A stretch of 63,641 nt of DNA from Alphaproteobacteria bacterium (lineage in GTDB: Bacteria; Pseudomonadota; Alphaproteobacteria; Rickettsiales; VGDC01), in the NCBI GenBank assembly GCA_022450665.1, contig JAKUPQ010000004.1:1-63641 (forward strand), read 5' to 3'. Positions 50,002 through 59,940 of the stretch are shown here, piece by piece. The position numbers and the translations under genes are program-made. Every line of letters begins with the position of its first letter. The stretch's first letter is position 1. The notes beneath the pieces were generated by a model. That model did not search any database. It was given only the letters and a program-made list of their open reading frames with translations, and was not told where the DNA came from.

Positions 50002-51813
50002 TTACTCCTCAAGAGGTTCAAAATCATCAGGGTCAGATATTTCTGTTTCAATGTGTACAGGCTCTGGCTTGGCAAAATCAATTACTTTTGCGCCTGCAAA
50101 ATTATTCAATAAAGTTTGCACCAGTGGATGTGTACGCGCCTTATCCAATTCGGCCTGTTTTTCTGCTTCGGCTTGGGCGTGAAGACTTGGCTGGCCAGAT
50201 TGTGCAGAAATAGCGACAATCCACCGTGTATTTGTCCAGTCACTCAGGCACTTGCCCACACGACCAGCAAAATCATTCGGCACATTCTGCGAGGTGTTCA
50301 ACTCTAAACGCCCTTTTTCAAACTGCACCAACTCACAATTATGGTGTAAATGCGTCCACAACACCAGCTCACGGTGCGCATTGAACAACGCAACTAAATC
50401 TTTAAAATTTTGTGGATCTTCAATTGCCTCTGCAACAAAATCGCTTTGCATTTCGGGCGTAGTTTGCAACGCCGCTTGCGCGCCACCATTTCCACCATAA
50501 GCAGTAACACCTTGGGGCGATGCAGGGGCTTTTAAGGCTGTCCCTTTTGCATCCGCACTGGAGGATACATTACCCGCCGCTCCGTGGCCAGAAGCTGATA
50601 CCGTCGCATTGGGCAGTGTATCGTCTTGCAAAGTGCGTATAAGCTCTGCGGGTGTTGGCAGGTTGCTGGCATGCATTAACCGCACCAATACCATTTCGGC
50701 AGCCATATATGGATTGGGCGCCAAACGTGCTTCTTGCAAGCCTTTGCTTAATATTTGCCAAGCGCGGGTAAGATGAGCAATCCCCATATCTGCTGCAATT
50801 TTTTGTGCAGCATCACGCTCCTGCTGGGCAATTTCAGGGCTTTGCGCTAAGTCAGGTACCAACTTAATACGTGTGGTTAAATGAATAAGCTCCATGAGTT
50901 CCTGCAACACATATAACGGATCGGCACCATCGTCATACTGCGCCTTAAAGCCATGCAATGCGTGCGTGGTTTCACCTGATAATAAATGGGCTAGCAACTC
51001 AAAACTACGCGAACGATCTGCCATGCCAAGCATTCCGCGCACCAGATTTAACTCTACTTGTGTAGTGCCACTTTCATCAGTGCCATGCGCTATTGCCTGA
51101 TCTAACAACGATAATGCATCACGCACCGAACCTTCAGCCGCATTGGCGATAAGCTTAAGCGCATCCGCATCGGCAGTTACTGCTTCTTTTTCGCAAATGC
51201 GTGCAAGATGTGCTGCCAGCTCGTCGCTATCTACCCGCTTGAGATCAAATTTTTGACAGCGCGACAAAATAGTCACCGGAATTTTGCGCAATTCAGTAGT
51301 AGCAAAAATGAACTTCACATGAGGTGGCGGCTCTTCGAGGGTTTTAAGCAGTGCGTTGAACGCACTGTTCGAGAGCATATGCACCTCATCAATAATATAG
51401 ATTTTAAAACGTGCATTTGTAGGTGCGTAATGCACCGTTTCTATCAAATCACGAATATCGCCCACTCCCGTACGGCTTGCGGCATCCATTTCGATCACAT
51501 CCATATGCCGGTCTTCTGCGATCATTTTGCAATTTACGCATACACCGCAAGGCGTAATGGTTGCAACGCCATTGCCATCTTCGCCAATACAATTGAGAGC
51601 ACGGGCAATAATACGGGCGGTCGTGGTTTTGCCCACTCCGCGTATACCAGTAAGCAAAAACGCATGGGCTAATCGTCCGGTTTTAATAGCATTGCTCAGG
51701 GTACGCACCAACACATCCTGCCCAATCAACGACTCGAAGCTGGACGGGCGGTATTTTCGCGCCAAAACGCGATAACCTGCATCGTTGGAAATATCTTCAC
51801 CTAATAGATTCAT
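50002..51813 (-). CDS. dnaX: DNA polymerase III subunit gamma/tau
   Basis: LARKYRP, GIRGVGKTT, DEVHMLS, LKTLEEPP, SRCQ. Confidence 0.98.
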   Translation of the reverse strand: MNLLGEDISNDAGYRVLARKYRPSSFESLIGQDVLVRTLSNAIKTGRLAHAFLLTGIRGVGKTTTARIIARALNCIGEDGNGVATITPCGVCVNCKMIAEDRHMDVIEMDAASRTGVGDIRDLIETVHYAPTNARFKIYIIDEVHMLSNSAFNALLKTLEEPPPHVKFIFATTELRKIPVTILSRCQKFDLKRVDSDELAAHLARICEKEAVTADADALKLIANAAEGSVRDALSLLDQAIAHGTDESGTTQVELNLVRGMLGMADRSRSFELLAHLLSGETTHALHGFKAQYDDGADPLYVLQELMELIHLTTRIKLVPDLAQSPEIAQQERDAAQKIAADMGIAHLTRAWQILSKGLQEARLAPNPYMAAEMVLVRLMHASNLPTPAELIRTLQDDTLPNATVSASGHGAAGNVSSSADAKGTALKAPASPQGVTAYGGNGGAQAALQTTPEMQSDFVAEAIEDPQNFKDLVALFNAHRELVLWTHLHHNCELVQFEKGRLELNTSQNVPNDFAGRVGKCLSDWTNTRWIVAISAQSGQPSLHAQAEAEKQAELDKARTHPLVQTLLNNFAGAKVIDFAKPEPVHIETEISDPDDFEPLEE

Positions 51814-51896
51814 GCGAATTATCTTTGTGTATGTATTTTCCGTTCAAGCGCCACTAAGGCTTGCGCCAAACGGTCGGCGGCGGCCAGTCGGCCTTG

Positions 51897-52016
51897 CCAT
51901 TTTGCTATTAAAGCAAAATGGAATTCTTGTTCCCTGCGCAAAGCTTCGTAACTCGGCCAGCAGGCCGAGCAGCATGAGCTAGCGAAACATCATTCATCTA
52001 CGTGCCAGAAGGCACG
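51897..52016. repeat. Cluster of palindromes between ffs and dnaX
   Basis: CCATTTTGCT/AGCAAAATGG (51897-51921), CTCGGCC/GGCCGAG (51952-51969), CGTGCC/GGCACG (52001-52016). Confidence 0.5.
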
Positions 52017-52033
52017 AAGGGAACAAACAAAAT

Positions 52034-52120
52034 GACTGGTGACGACCCGCTTCGGATGCCGCCTTGGCTGCTACCTTTCGGTCCTGACCAGGTAAACGGT
52101 GGAAACGCCCGCCACCAGCC
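52034..52120 (-). ncRNA. ffs: Signal recognition particle RNA (4.5S)
   Basis: Minus strand GGCTGGTGGCG...GGTCAGGACCGAAAGGTAGCAGCC...CGTCACCAGTC: long hairpin with the SRP helix-8 motif, in the usual position upstream of dnaX. Confidence 0.92.
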
Positions 52121-52270
52121 AAACGGTACTATAGTTTTGCATAGCTCATGGTGCAAGTATTAGTTTTTCTATATCGCATTCCCTGTTAAGCAGCATGATA
52201 TGCGCAAAAAACACTAGTCAAAGTCAGCGCTGCTCTGGTACAAAAGCTGTTTATATCTTTCAAAGATGCG

Positions 52271-54583
52271 TTGTTTATGCAGATTAAAGAATGGCTAAAA
52301 TCATTAGTGCGCAACCGCGCAGCAGAGCTAACAGGTACGGCGCTTATCATGTTTGCTTTGTTCATTGCCGTGTCGATAATCAGCTATCATCCGGCAGACC
52401 CTTCGGCCAATGTTGCCACGGATATTCCAGCCGAAAACTGGGCAGGCTTTGCCGGTGCGTTTGCCGCCGATTTAATTATGCAGTTTTTTGGATTGGCAGG
52501 AATTTTGCTCATTGCCGTTCCGCTGGCGTGGGGCATCAAGCTTTTACACAAAAAAAACCTACACATGCCCTCTATACGCGTAGCGTTGTTGTTGCTTGCC
52601 GTTCCTACATTGGCAGCATTGCTTAAATGGATTGAGGCACCCATTTCGTGGCCAATACAACGGGGTTTGGGCGGCGTTGTAGGCGCCGTTAGCAAAGAAG
52701 CGCTATCTTCCGCCATTGGCTCTACCACCGCGCTTATTGTGCTTTTGCTTTTATTTGCTGCATTATTGTATTTTGCATTTGGACTAAAACTACGCGAATG
52801 GCAGTGCGTTTGGCACAGCAGCGCCCGTGGCTTTAGTTTTATTGGCACTGGCGTTCGGCTGTTGCGCTCGATTTGGATGGGACGCAGCGAACCTGCTCCT
52901 GAAAAAGAAAAAAAGCCCCGCAAAGCCAAAGTATCCTATAAAACAAAAACCGACCCTGCCGAAGAACGGGCAATTCCTGTACTCAATACGGCTGCCGATG
53001 ATGCAAAAAAGCGGGTACAAACACCCGCCCCACGCAAAAAATCAGCCGCAGCTCCACAGCAATCATCGTTTGCGCTACCAGATGGCAATGGCATTTTTCA
53101 ATTGCCTCCTATTAATATTTTATCCCACGCTGACAACAAAGTGAAACGCCCCACCGAATCTTCGTTGGAACAAAACGCGCATTTGCTGGAATCTGTTTTA
53201 AGTGATTTTGGAGTGAACGGAGAAATTGTTAAAGTTCGCCCCGGCCCTGTGGTTACGCTCTATGAGCTTGAACCCGCAGCAGGCACAAAATCGGCGCGGG
53301 TTATCGGACTGGCAGATGATATTGCTCGCTCCATGAGCGCTATTTCCGCGCGTATTGCTGTGATTCCCGGGCGTAATGCCATTGGCATAGAGCTGCCCAA
53401 TGCTAACCGCGAAATGGTATCTTTTCGCGATATGATGGAAGATGACAATTTTGCTAAAGGCAAAAACAAACTGGCACTAGCACTGGGCAAAGACATTGGC
53501 GGCGATCCGGTAATTGCTGATTTGGCCAAAATGCCACATTTATTGGTGGCAGGTACGACAGGGTCGGGTAAATCAGTGGCCATTAACACCATGATTGCCT
53601 CGCTGCTTTATCGTATGACGCCCGAAGAATGCCGCTTTATTATGATTGACCCAAAAATGCTGGAGCTGTCCATGTATGATGGCATTCCGCATTTGTTATC
53701 ACCGGTAGTTACCGAACCTGGCAAAGCCGTTGTTGCATTGAAATGGACAGTGCGCGAAATGGAAAACCGCTATCGCCTGATGAGCAATCTGGGAGTGCGT
53801 AATATTGATGGCTATAACAAGCGAATTATCGAAGCTAAAGCCAAGGGGTCGCAGCTAACCCGAAGCGTACAAACCGGATTTGACCCAGATACCGGAAAGC
53901 CGGTAATTGAAGAAGTGCCGCTAGACATGAATCCTCTGCCCTATATCGTGGTAATAGTGGATGAAATGGCCGACCTGATGCTGGTTGCAGGTAAAGATAT
54001 CGAAGCCAGTATACAACGCTTGGCGCAAATGGCTCGCGCCGCAGGAATTCATATTATTATGGCTACGCAACGCCCATCGGTAGATGTAATTACCGGCGTG
54101 ATCAAAGCGAACTTCCCAACTCGCATCAGCTTTCAGGTAACATCCCGCATCGATAGCCGCACCATTTTGGGCGAACAAGGTGCAGAAACACTTCTGGGTA
54201 TGGGTGATATGCTTTATATGGCAGGTGGTGGACGCATTACCCGTGTGCATGGCCCGTTCGTAAGTGATCAGGAAGTAGAAACTCTGGTAGCTTTCCTCAA
54301 AGCACAGGGCAAGCCGGAATATATCGAAACCATCACCCAAGAAGAAGATGAAACCAGCGGTGTGGATGGCATTGGCGATGTTGGCGGTGGTAGCGAAGAA
54401 GACCAGCTTTTCCAGCAAGCCGTCCAAGCCATTGTCCGCGACAAAAAGGTATCGACCAGTTACATACAACGCAGCTTACGCATAGGCTATAACCGCGCCG
54501 CAGATATTATGGATCGCATGGAGCGTGAAGGCATTGTCAGCCCCCCCAACCATGCGGGCAAACGCGAATTATTACTGGAGTAA
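52271..54583 (+). CDS. ftsK: DNA translocase FtsK
   Basis: N-terminal TMs, PHLLVAGTTGSGKS, DEMADLM, ATQRPSVDV, gamma domain IGYNRAA. Confidence 0.98.
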   Translation: MFMQIKEWLKSLVRNRAAELTGTALIMFALFIAVSIISYHPADPSANVATDIPAENWAGFAGAFAADLIMQFFGLAGILLIAVPLAWGIKLLHKKNLHMPSIRVALLLLAVPTLAALLKWIEAPISWPIQRGLGGVVGAVSKEALSSAIGSTTALIVLLLLFAALLYFAFGLKLREWQCVWHSSARGFSFIGTGVRLLRSIWMGRSEPAPEKEKKPRKAKVSYKTKTDPAEERAIPVLNTAADDAKKRVQTPAPRKKSAAAPQQSSFALPDGNGIFQLPPINILSHADNKVKRPTESSLEQNAHLLESVLSDFGVNGEIVKVRPGPVVTLYELEPAAGTKSARVIGLADDIARSMSAISARIAVIPGRNAIGIELPNANREMVSFRDMMEDDNFAKGKNKLALALGKDIGGDPVIADLAKMPHLLVAGTTGSGKSVAINTMIASLLYRMTPEECRFIMIDPKMLELSMYDGIPHLLSPVVTEPGKAVVALKWTVREMENRYRLMSNLGVRNIDGYNKRIIEAKAKGSQLTRSVQTGFDPDTGKPVIEEVPLDMNPLPYIVVIVDEMADLMLVAGKDIEASIQRLAQMARAAGIHIIMATQRPSVDVITGVIKANFPTRISFQVTSRIDSRTILGEQGAETLLGMGDMLYMAGGGRITRVHGPFVSDQEVETLVAFLKAQGKPEYIETITQEEDETSGVDGIGDVGGGSEEDQLFQQAVQAIVRDKKVSTSYIQRSLRIGYNRAADIMDRMEREGIVSPPNHAGKRELLLE

Positions 54584-54588
54584 TTCGC

Positions 54589-55068
54589 ATGTATACTATT
54601 CGCCCCATGCATGCCGAAGATAATGCGGCATTCTTGTCCGTCATTCAGCAATGTGTTCTGGAATATGGATACACCCATTCGCCTTATGTGGTGAATGCAG
54701 AAGACGAAAGGGATATTTTTGGTGCATTCATCAGCGAAAACAGCGCCATATATGTTATTACCGATGCGGCAAATAATATACATGGCGGCGGGGGATTCGC
54801 TCCGGTGTCAGGCGCAGAAAATATCTGCGAAATCAAGAAAGTGTATTTTTCACCGAGGGTTCGCGGACTTGGCATGGGTAAAAAGCTGGTAACACAACTT
54901 ATGCAGGAAGCCGCTTTGCAGCATTACACTATGCTTTACATCGAAACCGTGCCCGAAATGGAAACCGCCGTTGCATTGTATGAAAAATTAGGATTTACGC
55001 ACTGCAAGCGTAAAAGCACTACCGGACATGGCTGTTGCAGCGTTTTTATGCAACGCCCCATAAATTGA
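54589..55068 (+). CDS. GNAT family N-acetyltransferase
   Basis: RGLGMGKKL acetyl-CoA motif, AVALYEKLGF. Confidence 0.9.
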   Translation: MYTIRPMHAEDNAAFLSVIQQCVLEYGYTHSPYVVNAEDERDIFGAFISENSAIYVITDAANNIHGGGGFAPVSGAENICEIKKVYFSPRVRGLGMGKKLVTQLMQEAALQHYTMLYIETVPEMETAVALYEKLGFTHCKRKSTTGHGCCSVFMQRPIN

Positions 55069-55078
55069 AAGAACGATA

Positions 55079-55732
55079 ATGAAAAAGCTGATCCTCACAT
55101 TTTGTACCGCCGTAATATTTATGGCTCCGGCCTACGCCGCGGTCACAAAAAAAACATTTACTGCAACCGACAAAGCCGCCATTGAACGGGTGGAGGATTA
55201 TCTTTCCGATATTAGCACCATCGTGGCAGATTTTGTGCAAATTGCACCTGATGGTGGCATGGCTGATGGTAAATTTTATCTTTCTCGCCCGGGCAAAATG
55301 CGTTGGCAATATAACCCGCCCACGCCAATTTTAATGGTAGCTGATGGCAAGTTTCTCATTTTTTATGATTATGAACTCGACCAAACCAGCTACATTCCCT
55401 TGCAAGAAACACTTGCCGGCTTCCTTGCACGTGACTCGGTAAAATTTGGTAGCGACGTGATTGTCACCAATGTTACCCATGGCGAAGGAAGCTTACGCCT
55501 GTCAGTGGTGCAAAAAGCACGGCCTGATGATGGCAAGCTCACATTGGAATTTGCAGATAATCCCTTGCAATTGCGCAATATGAAAGTGGTGGATGCCACT
55601 GGTCAGGAAACCACTGTTTCGCTTGCTAATGCCCGCTATGGCCAAAAGCTGGATAAAGAATTATTTGTATTTGAAGATAAATCTACCGCGCCGCGCATAG
55701 GTAAATCCGGCAAAACAGGAATTCAGCGCTAG
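55079..55732 (+). CDS. lolA: Outer-membrane lipoprotein carrier LolA
   Basis: Signal peptide, ADFVQ, RPGKMRWQY, VADG; downstream of ftsK. Confidence 0.9.
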   Translation: MKKLILTFCTAVIFMAPAYAAVTKKTFTATDKAAIERVEDYLSDISTIVADFVQIAPDGGMADGKFYLSRPGKMRWQYNPPTPILMVADGKFLIFYDYELDQTSYIPLQETLAGFLARDSVKFGSDVIVTNVTHGEGSLRLSVVQKARPDDGKLTLEFADNPLQLRNMKVVDATGQETTVSLANARYGQKLDKELFVFEDKSTAPRIGKSGKTGIQR

Positions 55733-55749
55733 TGTCATAATTGTTTCAC
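55733..55749 (+). promoter_or_regulatory. Pho-box-like direct repeat
   Basis: TGTCATAATTGTTTCAC; TG-C-TATTTT with the hexamer 10 nt downstream. Confidence 0.55.
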
Positions 55750-55803
55750 ATATCTGTGCTATTTTGCGGCAATATATAAAAAATTGTTTCAGAACGGTAG
55801 CGC

Positions 55804-57036
55804 ATGAAAAAGAAATCTAATTTCCATGATTTAGGTGACGGAATATGCGTAGTGCAATTACGCGATATTGTGTCCGAACAGTTCGACTATGACTGGTTTA
55901 AGCAAAGCGTTACAGAAGACACCTCGGTGGACGCCGACTATAAACAAAGCGTCATTAATGTATTTAATCCTGACTCTTACGTTGCTATTTACAAAGGCAA
56001 TGTAGGAGAGGCATTAGACGCTAAGCTTATGCAAAAAGGCGTAAATGCAAATATTAAAGAACATATAGACTACAATCTCCCCGATGAGATCGCAGACGCT
56101 ATAACGCCTACTCCCCTGCCCGATGACCATCCCACCAGCCAAATGTGGAAAGAGGTGTGGGATAAAACCCTCCAGCATTTTGCAGCCGAAGCGGTGGAAT
56201 ATGAAGCAACAATGCAACGCAAGGGCAAACCCATTACGGAAAATGATACAGGCTATCCTGCGGTTGCGCCGCCAATATATTTGGATGAAGATTTACTCAC
56301 CGTTAGTGCCGTGGCAGGGATGCTTTCACCTGAAAGGTTTGGCGCGGCGATATCAAAGGATTTTACAACCAACCTCACCCCGGAAGAACAAAAAGCCGTA
56401 TTAGCCCATGAGGCTTTCCATGCATTCGAACCTGTATTACGAGGGCAAGAACCACAAGAAACATATAGCGACTCGCAGTGTCCCTTAAGAAAATTAACCT
56501 CTTCATCACAAACCTTCGAAACCCGCGCCGATCATCATGCAGCGCGCTTGGGTATGGGTAATGCGCTGCAAGAAGCCTTACACAAAGGCGATGAAATAGA
56601 TGAAAAAACATTTGACGATCAAAACCGTTTGCTAAGTTATCTGAAATATAGCGGTTTTTCTTTAGATACAGACACAGTTTTGGATTTACAGCGCGACCTG
56701 AATACCGAGAAACCACCGCAAAATTTGGTGACAACAACCTTTTTTGAGCCAATTTCACGTGCGGCGCAGTCAAAAGCGCTAATTAGCAAAGTTTCTCGAT
56801 TCAATCAATTGGTAGAAAATTGCGGTGAGGAAGAGCCACAAAAAGATACTTTCTTAACCCGCTTAGCCAAAGCCCAAAGAGTGCGTAGCGACAGTCATCC
56901 TGATCCTATCACCCGTTTTGGTGCATTATTGCGCACACCCGAATGTCAAGGATGCACCAGCGATGACCCGCGCCGCTCACATAACGATCGCATTAAAACT
57001 ATTTCGCCCACTGGTCTGCAAGGCTTTCAACGCTAA
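55804..57036 (+). CDS. Orphan protein with an M48-like zinc metalloprotease signature
   Basis: LTPEEQKAVLAHEAFH, ETRADHHA and SHPDPITR match the HExxH / E-x-x-AD / HP layout of M48 peptidases. Confidence 0.72.
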   Translation: MKKKSNFHDLGDGICVVQLRDIVSEQFDYDWFKQSVTEDTSVDADYKQSVINVFNPDSYVAIYKGNVGEALDAKLMQKGVNANIKEHIDYNLPDEIADAITPTPLPDDHPTSQMWKEVWDKTLQHFAAEAVEYEATMQRKGKPITENDTGYPAVAPPIYLDEDLLTVSAVAGMLSPERFGAAISKDFTTNLTPEEQKAVLAHEAFHAFEPVLRGQEPQETYSDSQCPLRKLTSSSQTFETRADHHAARLGMGNALQEALHKGDEIDEKTFDDQNRLLSYLKYSGFSLDTDTVLDLQRDLNTEKPPQNLVTTTFFEPISRAAQSKALISKVSRFNQLVENCGEEEPQKDTFLTRLAKAQRVRSDSHPDPITRFGALLRTPECQGCTSDDPRRSHNDRIKTISPTGLQGFQR

Positions 57037-57095
57037 GCATTGAACCGCCGCAAAATATCAGCTAAAGTCTAGCTCCATAATTTTAGGAGAAAACT

Positions 57096-57581
57096 ATGCC
57101 GAGTTTTGATGTGGTGTCAGAAACCAATATGTCTGAAGTAGACAACGCCTTGCAAATGATGAGCCGTGAAATCAGTCAACGCTATGATTTTAAAGGCTCA
57201 AAATCCAGTATCGAACGTGATCAGGAAACGCTTACCCTCGTGGCAGATGACGATTACAAACTCGGTGCGATGCATGATTTGCTGAAAATTCATCTTACTC
57301 GCCGCAATGTAGATACCCAGGCGCTGGATTTTAAAACCAAAGAAGCAGCCAGCGGCAACACCATTCGGCAAAAAATAATTGTCAAGCAGGGCATTGATCA
57401 GGAAACCGCAAAGACCATTACCAAAGAAATAAAAGCCAGCAAAATGAAGGTGCAAGCCTCGATTCAGGGCGACACCGTTCGAATCACCGGCAAAAAACGC
57501 GACGACCTGCAAGAAGCAATTGCACACATTAAGACCTTGAAAATTCAGCTTCCGTTACAATATATAAACTTCAGGGACTGA
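57096..57581 (+). CDS. yajQ: YajQ family nucleotide/c-di-GMP-binding protein
   Basis: MPSFDVVS, RYDFKG, GKKRDDLQ, NFRD. Confidence 0.97.
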   Translation: MPSFDVVSETNMSEVDNALQMMSREISQRYDFKGSKSSIERDQETLTLVADDDYKLGAMHDLLKIHLTRRNVDTQALDFKTKEAASGNTIRQKIIVKQGIDQETAKTITKEIKASKMKVQASIQGDTVRITGKKRDDLQEAIAHIKTLKIQLPLQYINFRD

Positions 57582-57634
57582 TTTTATCGTTAAACATGAA
57601 TTCGACATGCTGTCCTTATAACTAATTTAATTAT

Positions 57635-57651
57635 CGTCATAGAAACTTCAC
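57635..57651 (+). promoter_or_regulatory. Pho-box-like direct repeat
   Basis: CGTCATAGAAACTTCAC; TG-T-TATGAT at 57670-57678 (21-nt gap to the hexamer). Confidence 0.45.
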
Positions 57652-57737
57652 ACAATAACGGTCAAAGTTTGTTATGATGTTTAATACATCTTCTGAATTC
57701 CTCTGGATTTAGAAGTTTTGCATAAGGCGGAGGTACT

Positions 57738-57953
57738 ATGCGTACAACAAAAGAACTGATGGAATTGAACGAAATGGTCGCCTCATTAGGTGACCTTGGT
57801 AATGCGGCATATATAAAAACCGTACCCGCAGATAAAGGTACAGGATATGCCCTGTTTGCTGCCGATGGAACACAGCTTGCTGTATTCCCCAGCCGTGAAG
57901 CCGCCTATTTCACTGCCCGCCAGCACGATCTGGAGCCCGTAAGCGTACATTAA
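57738..57953 (+). CDS. DUF1150 family protein
   Basis: AYIK...YALFAADGTQLA...ARQHDLEPVSVH; GGAGG RBS. Confidence 0.85.
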   Translation: MRTTKELMELNEMVASLGDLGNAAYIKTVPADKGTGYALFAADGTQLAVFPSREAAYFTARQHDLEPVSVH

Positions 57954-57954
57954 T

Positions 57955-58971
57955 TTATTGCAGCTCTATCTGCCAATCACGCGACAGCACCGTTTGTTTC
58001 CAAACATTCTCATAACGCAACAACGTTACATTGACGGTATATACTCCCGCAGGCCAATGAGAATATTGTGCTTGGCGTTGTGCCGTGAGCGTTTCGAATG
58101 CCAAAGAGAAATGGCGATTATAAGTGAGCTTTTTCTCTACCATCATTTTCCCATCGGGTGCAGTCATAGTAAGCAAAACCACATCATGCGTGCGTATGCC
58201 CATCAACTCTACCCAAAAATATATTGCTGCATTAGTCGCCTCTAAAAATTTTGGCGGCTCATAACGCTGGCGTATTTTTTCAACATCGGGTTCTTTGGCG
58301 GTGAATCCTCCAAAAATAATATCTGTAGCAATATACGGTAGTTGTTCTAATGCTTTTTCGCTCCACAAATTATAACGCTCATGCGGCTGGCAATTATAAC
58401 TTTTATTGTGCCCTACAAAAGGATCTACCGGACGGTTATGATGACGCAACTCATAATGTAAATGCGGAAAAATACTTTTACCGCTTGCACCCATACGGCC
58501 AATTACCTGCCCCGTAACTACGTCATCAGCGGGTTTTACAGCCATGGCTTTTGGATCCAAATGGCAATAGATGCTCTGCCAACCCGCTCCATGATCAATG
58601 CGTATACTCGCACCGCACTCACTGCGCGTTGAAAACTTCAGCAGCTGCAACAAAGGTATATCACCTTTTTGTATCTCAGGTTGATAGGTCACCATCTTGA
58701 CCCGCCCGTTATTGGTGGCAAGTACACGTATATGGGAGTCTAATGCATCAAAGTTTTTTACGCGAAAATCCGTGCCGTTATGGTCGTCATAAGTCATGCT
58801 ACCGCAGTTATAATCATGAAAACTGCCTGCTGCCGCATCATGATCAACATAGTTTTGAATAAAACAGTTTTCGCCAAGTTTGCATTCTACCGGCAAATGC
58901 AAATCCATTCCTGCCCATGCAGGCATTGACCACAGGGCAAAAACAGCAAGCGCTATTGCCCGTATATTCAT
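57955..58971 (-). CDS. M23 family metallopeptidase, exported
   Basis: QNYVDHD, YDDHNGTD, YCHL, FPHLH, VDPF. Confidence 0.9.
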   Translation of the reverse strand: MNIRAIALAVFALWSMPAWAGMDLHLPVECKLGENCFIQNYVDHDAAAGSFHDYNCGSMTYDDHNGTDFRVKNFDALDSHIRVLATNNGRVKMVTYQPEIQKGDIPLLQLLKFSTRSECGASIRIDHGAGWQSIYCHLDPKAMAVKPADDVVTGQVIGRMGASGKSIFPHLHYELRHHNRPVDPFVGHNKSYNCQPHERYNLWSEKALEQLPYIATDIIFGGFTAKEPDVEKIRQRYEPPKFLEATNAAIYFWVELMGIRTHDVVLLTMTAPDGKMMVEKKLTYNRHFSLAFETLTAQRQAQYSHWPAGVYTVNVTLLRYENVWKQTVLSRDWQIELQ

Positions 58972-59939
58972 GCACCCACCATAATCGTAAATTCGCGCTC
59001 TATAACAGCGTTGCCATTGCGCTCAAGCCGTAATTTTCCTGTGTACTTTCCTGCAGGCCAACCCTGTTTATTTATTTTACCAATAAAATAATTCTGTGTA
59101 GCGCGATTATTTTCTATGCCATTACTTTTTTCTACCACCACTTCGCCAGAGGGATTATGCAGTGACAAATGCGCAGTATCACCGCGCTGCACACCGTACA
59201 TATTCACCCAAAAAATCAAAACAGGCTCTTTTCCAGAAAGCGAAGTATTGTGATGCAATCCTTTGGCCAGATCGTTGGCTTTGATTTCTTTATTGGTAAA
59301 TCCGCCGCCTAATAATCCGGTAGGCTTATAAGCAAGTTGCTTTGCCGCCTCTGCCGACCATAATGGCTTCAGATTTTCTATGCTACATGGCTCGCCTAGC
59401 GCTGTACCTGAATAAGGGTCGATATGCTTTCCGTCTTTTTCGATACTCAGATGCACATGAGGAAATTCGGTATTTCCTGTAAGACCAATTTTACCCAACA
59501 CGTCTCCTGTGGTGACTTTTTGGCCTTTTTTAACGGTTACGCTACCGTTTTTCATGTGGCAATATTGGGTTGTCCAACCATCAGCATGGCTAATGCGTAC
59601 ACCATTACCGCATTCCTGATTTTTAATTACCGGTGCGCGATCTTTCACCCCGTCTCGCTTGCCCAACACCACACCATCCGCCACCGCCAGAACAGATATG
59701 GATGTGTTCATTACGCTTTCATCTACTGCGCGAATGTCGGTGCCTTTATGGCCATCGTAGCTCAGATGCCCACAGGTAAAATCGTTATACGCTTTATCGC
59801 CTTTTGCGCTGTCGTGATCCACATAGTTTTGCACCACACATTTTGTGCCCATTTCGCATTCCACAGGCATGGCAATTTCAATAGCATACGCAGGGGTAGC
59901 AAGCCCCACAAACAAGGTTATATAATGCCCTATATGCAT
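58968..59939 (-). CDS. M23 family metallopeptidase, tandem paralog
   Basis: QNYVDHD, YDGHKGTD, YCHM, FPHVH, IDPY. Confidence 0.92.
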   Translation of the reverse strand: MHIGHYITLFVGLATPAYAIEIAMPVECEMGTKCVVQNYVDHDSAKGDKAYNDFTCGHLSYDGHKGTDIRAVDESVMNTSISVLAVADGVVLGKRDGVKDRAPVIKNQECGNGVRISHADGWTTQYCHMKNGSVTVKKGQKVTTGDVLGKIGLTGNTEFPHVHLSIEKDGKHIDPYSGTALGEPCSIENLKPLWSAEAAKQLAYKPTGLLGGGFTNKEIKANDLAKGLHHNTSLSGKEPVLIFWVNMYGVQRGDTAHLSLHNPSGEVVVEKSNGIENNRATQNYFIGKINKQGWPAGKYTGKLRLERNGNAVIEREFTIMVGA

Positions 59940-59940
59940 A

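Noticed and set aside
50002..51813. Programmed frameshift in dnaX (gamma/tau)
   Set aside because: No A-AAA-AAG slippery site with a downstream hairpin was noticed in the expected region; the frame is intact.
57955..59939. Tandem M23 peptidases as a novel system
   Set aside because: Ordinary tandem paralogs of a common alphaproteobacterial M23 subfamily; both retain their zinc ligands.
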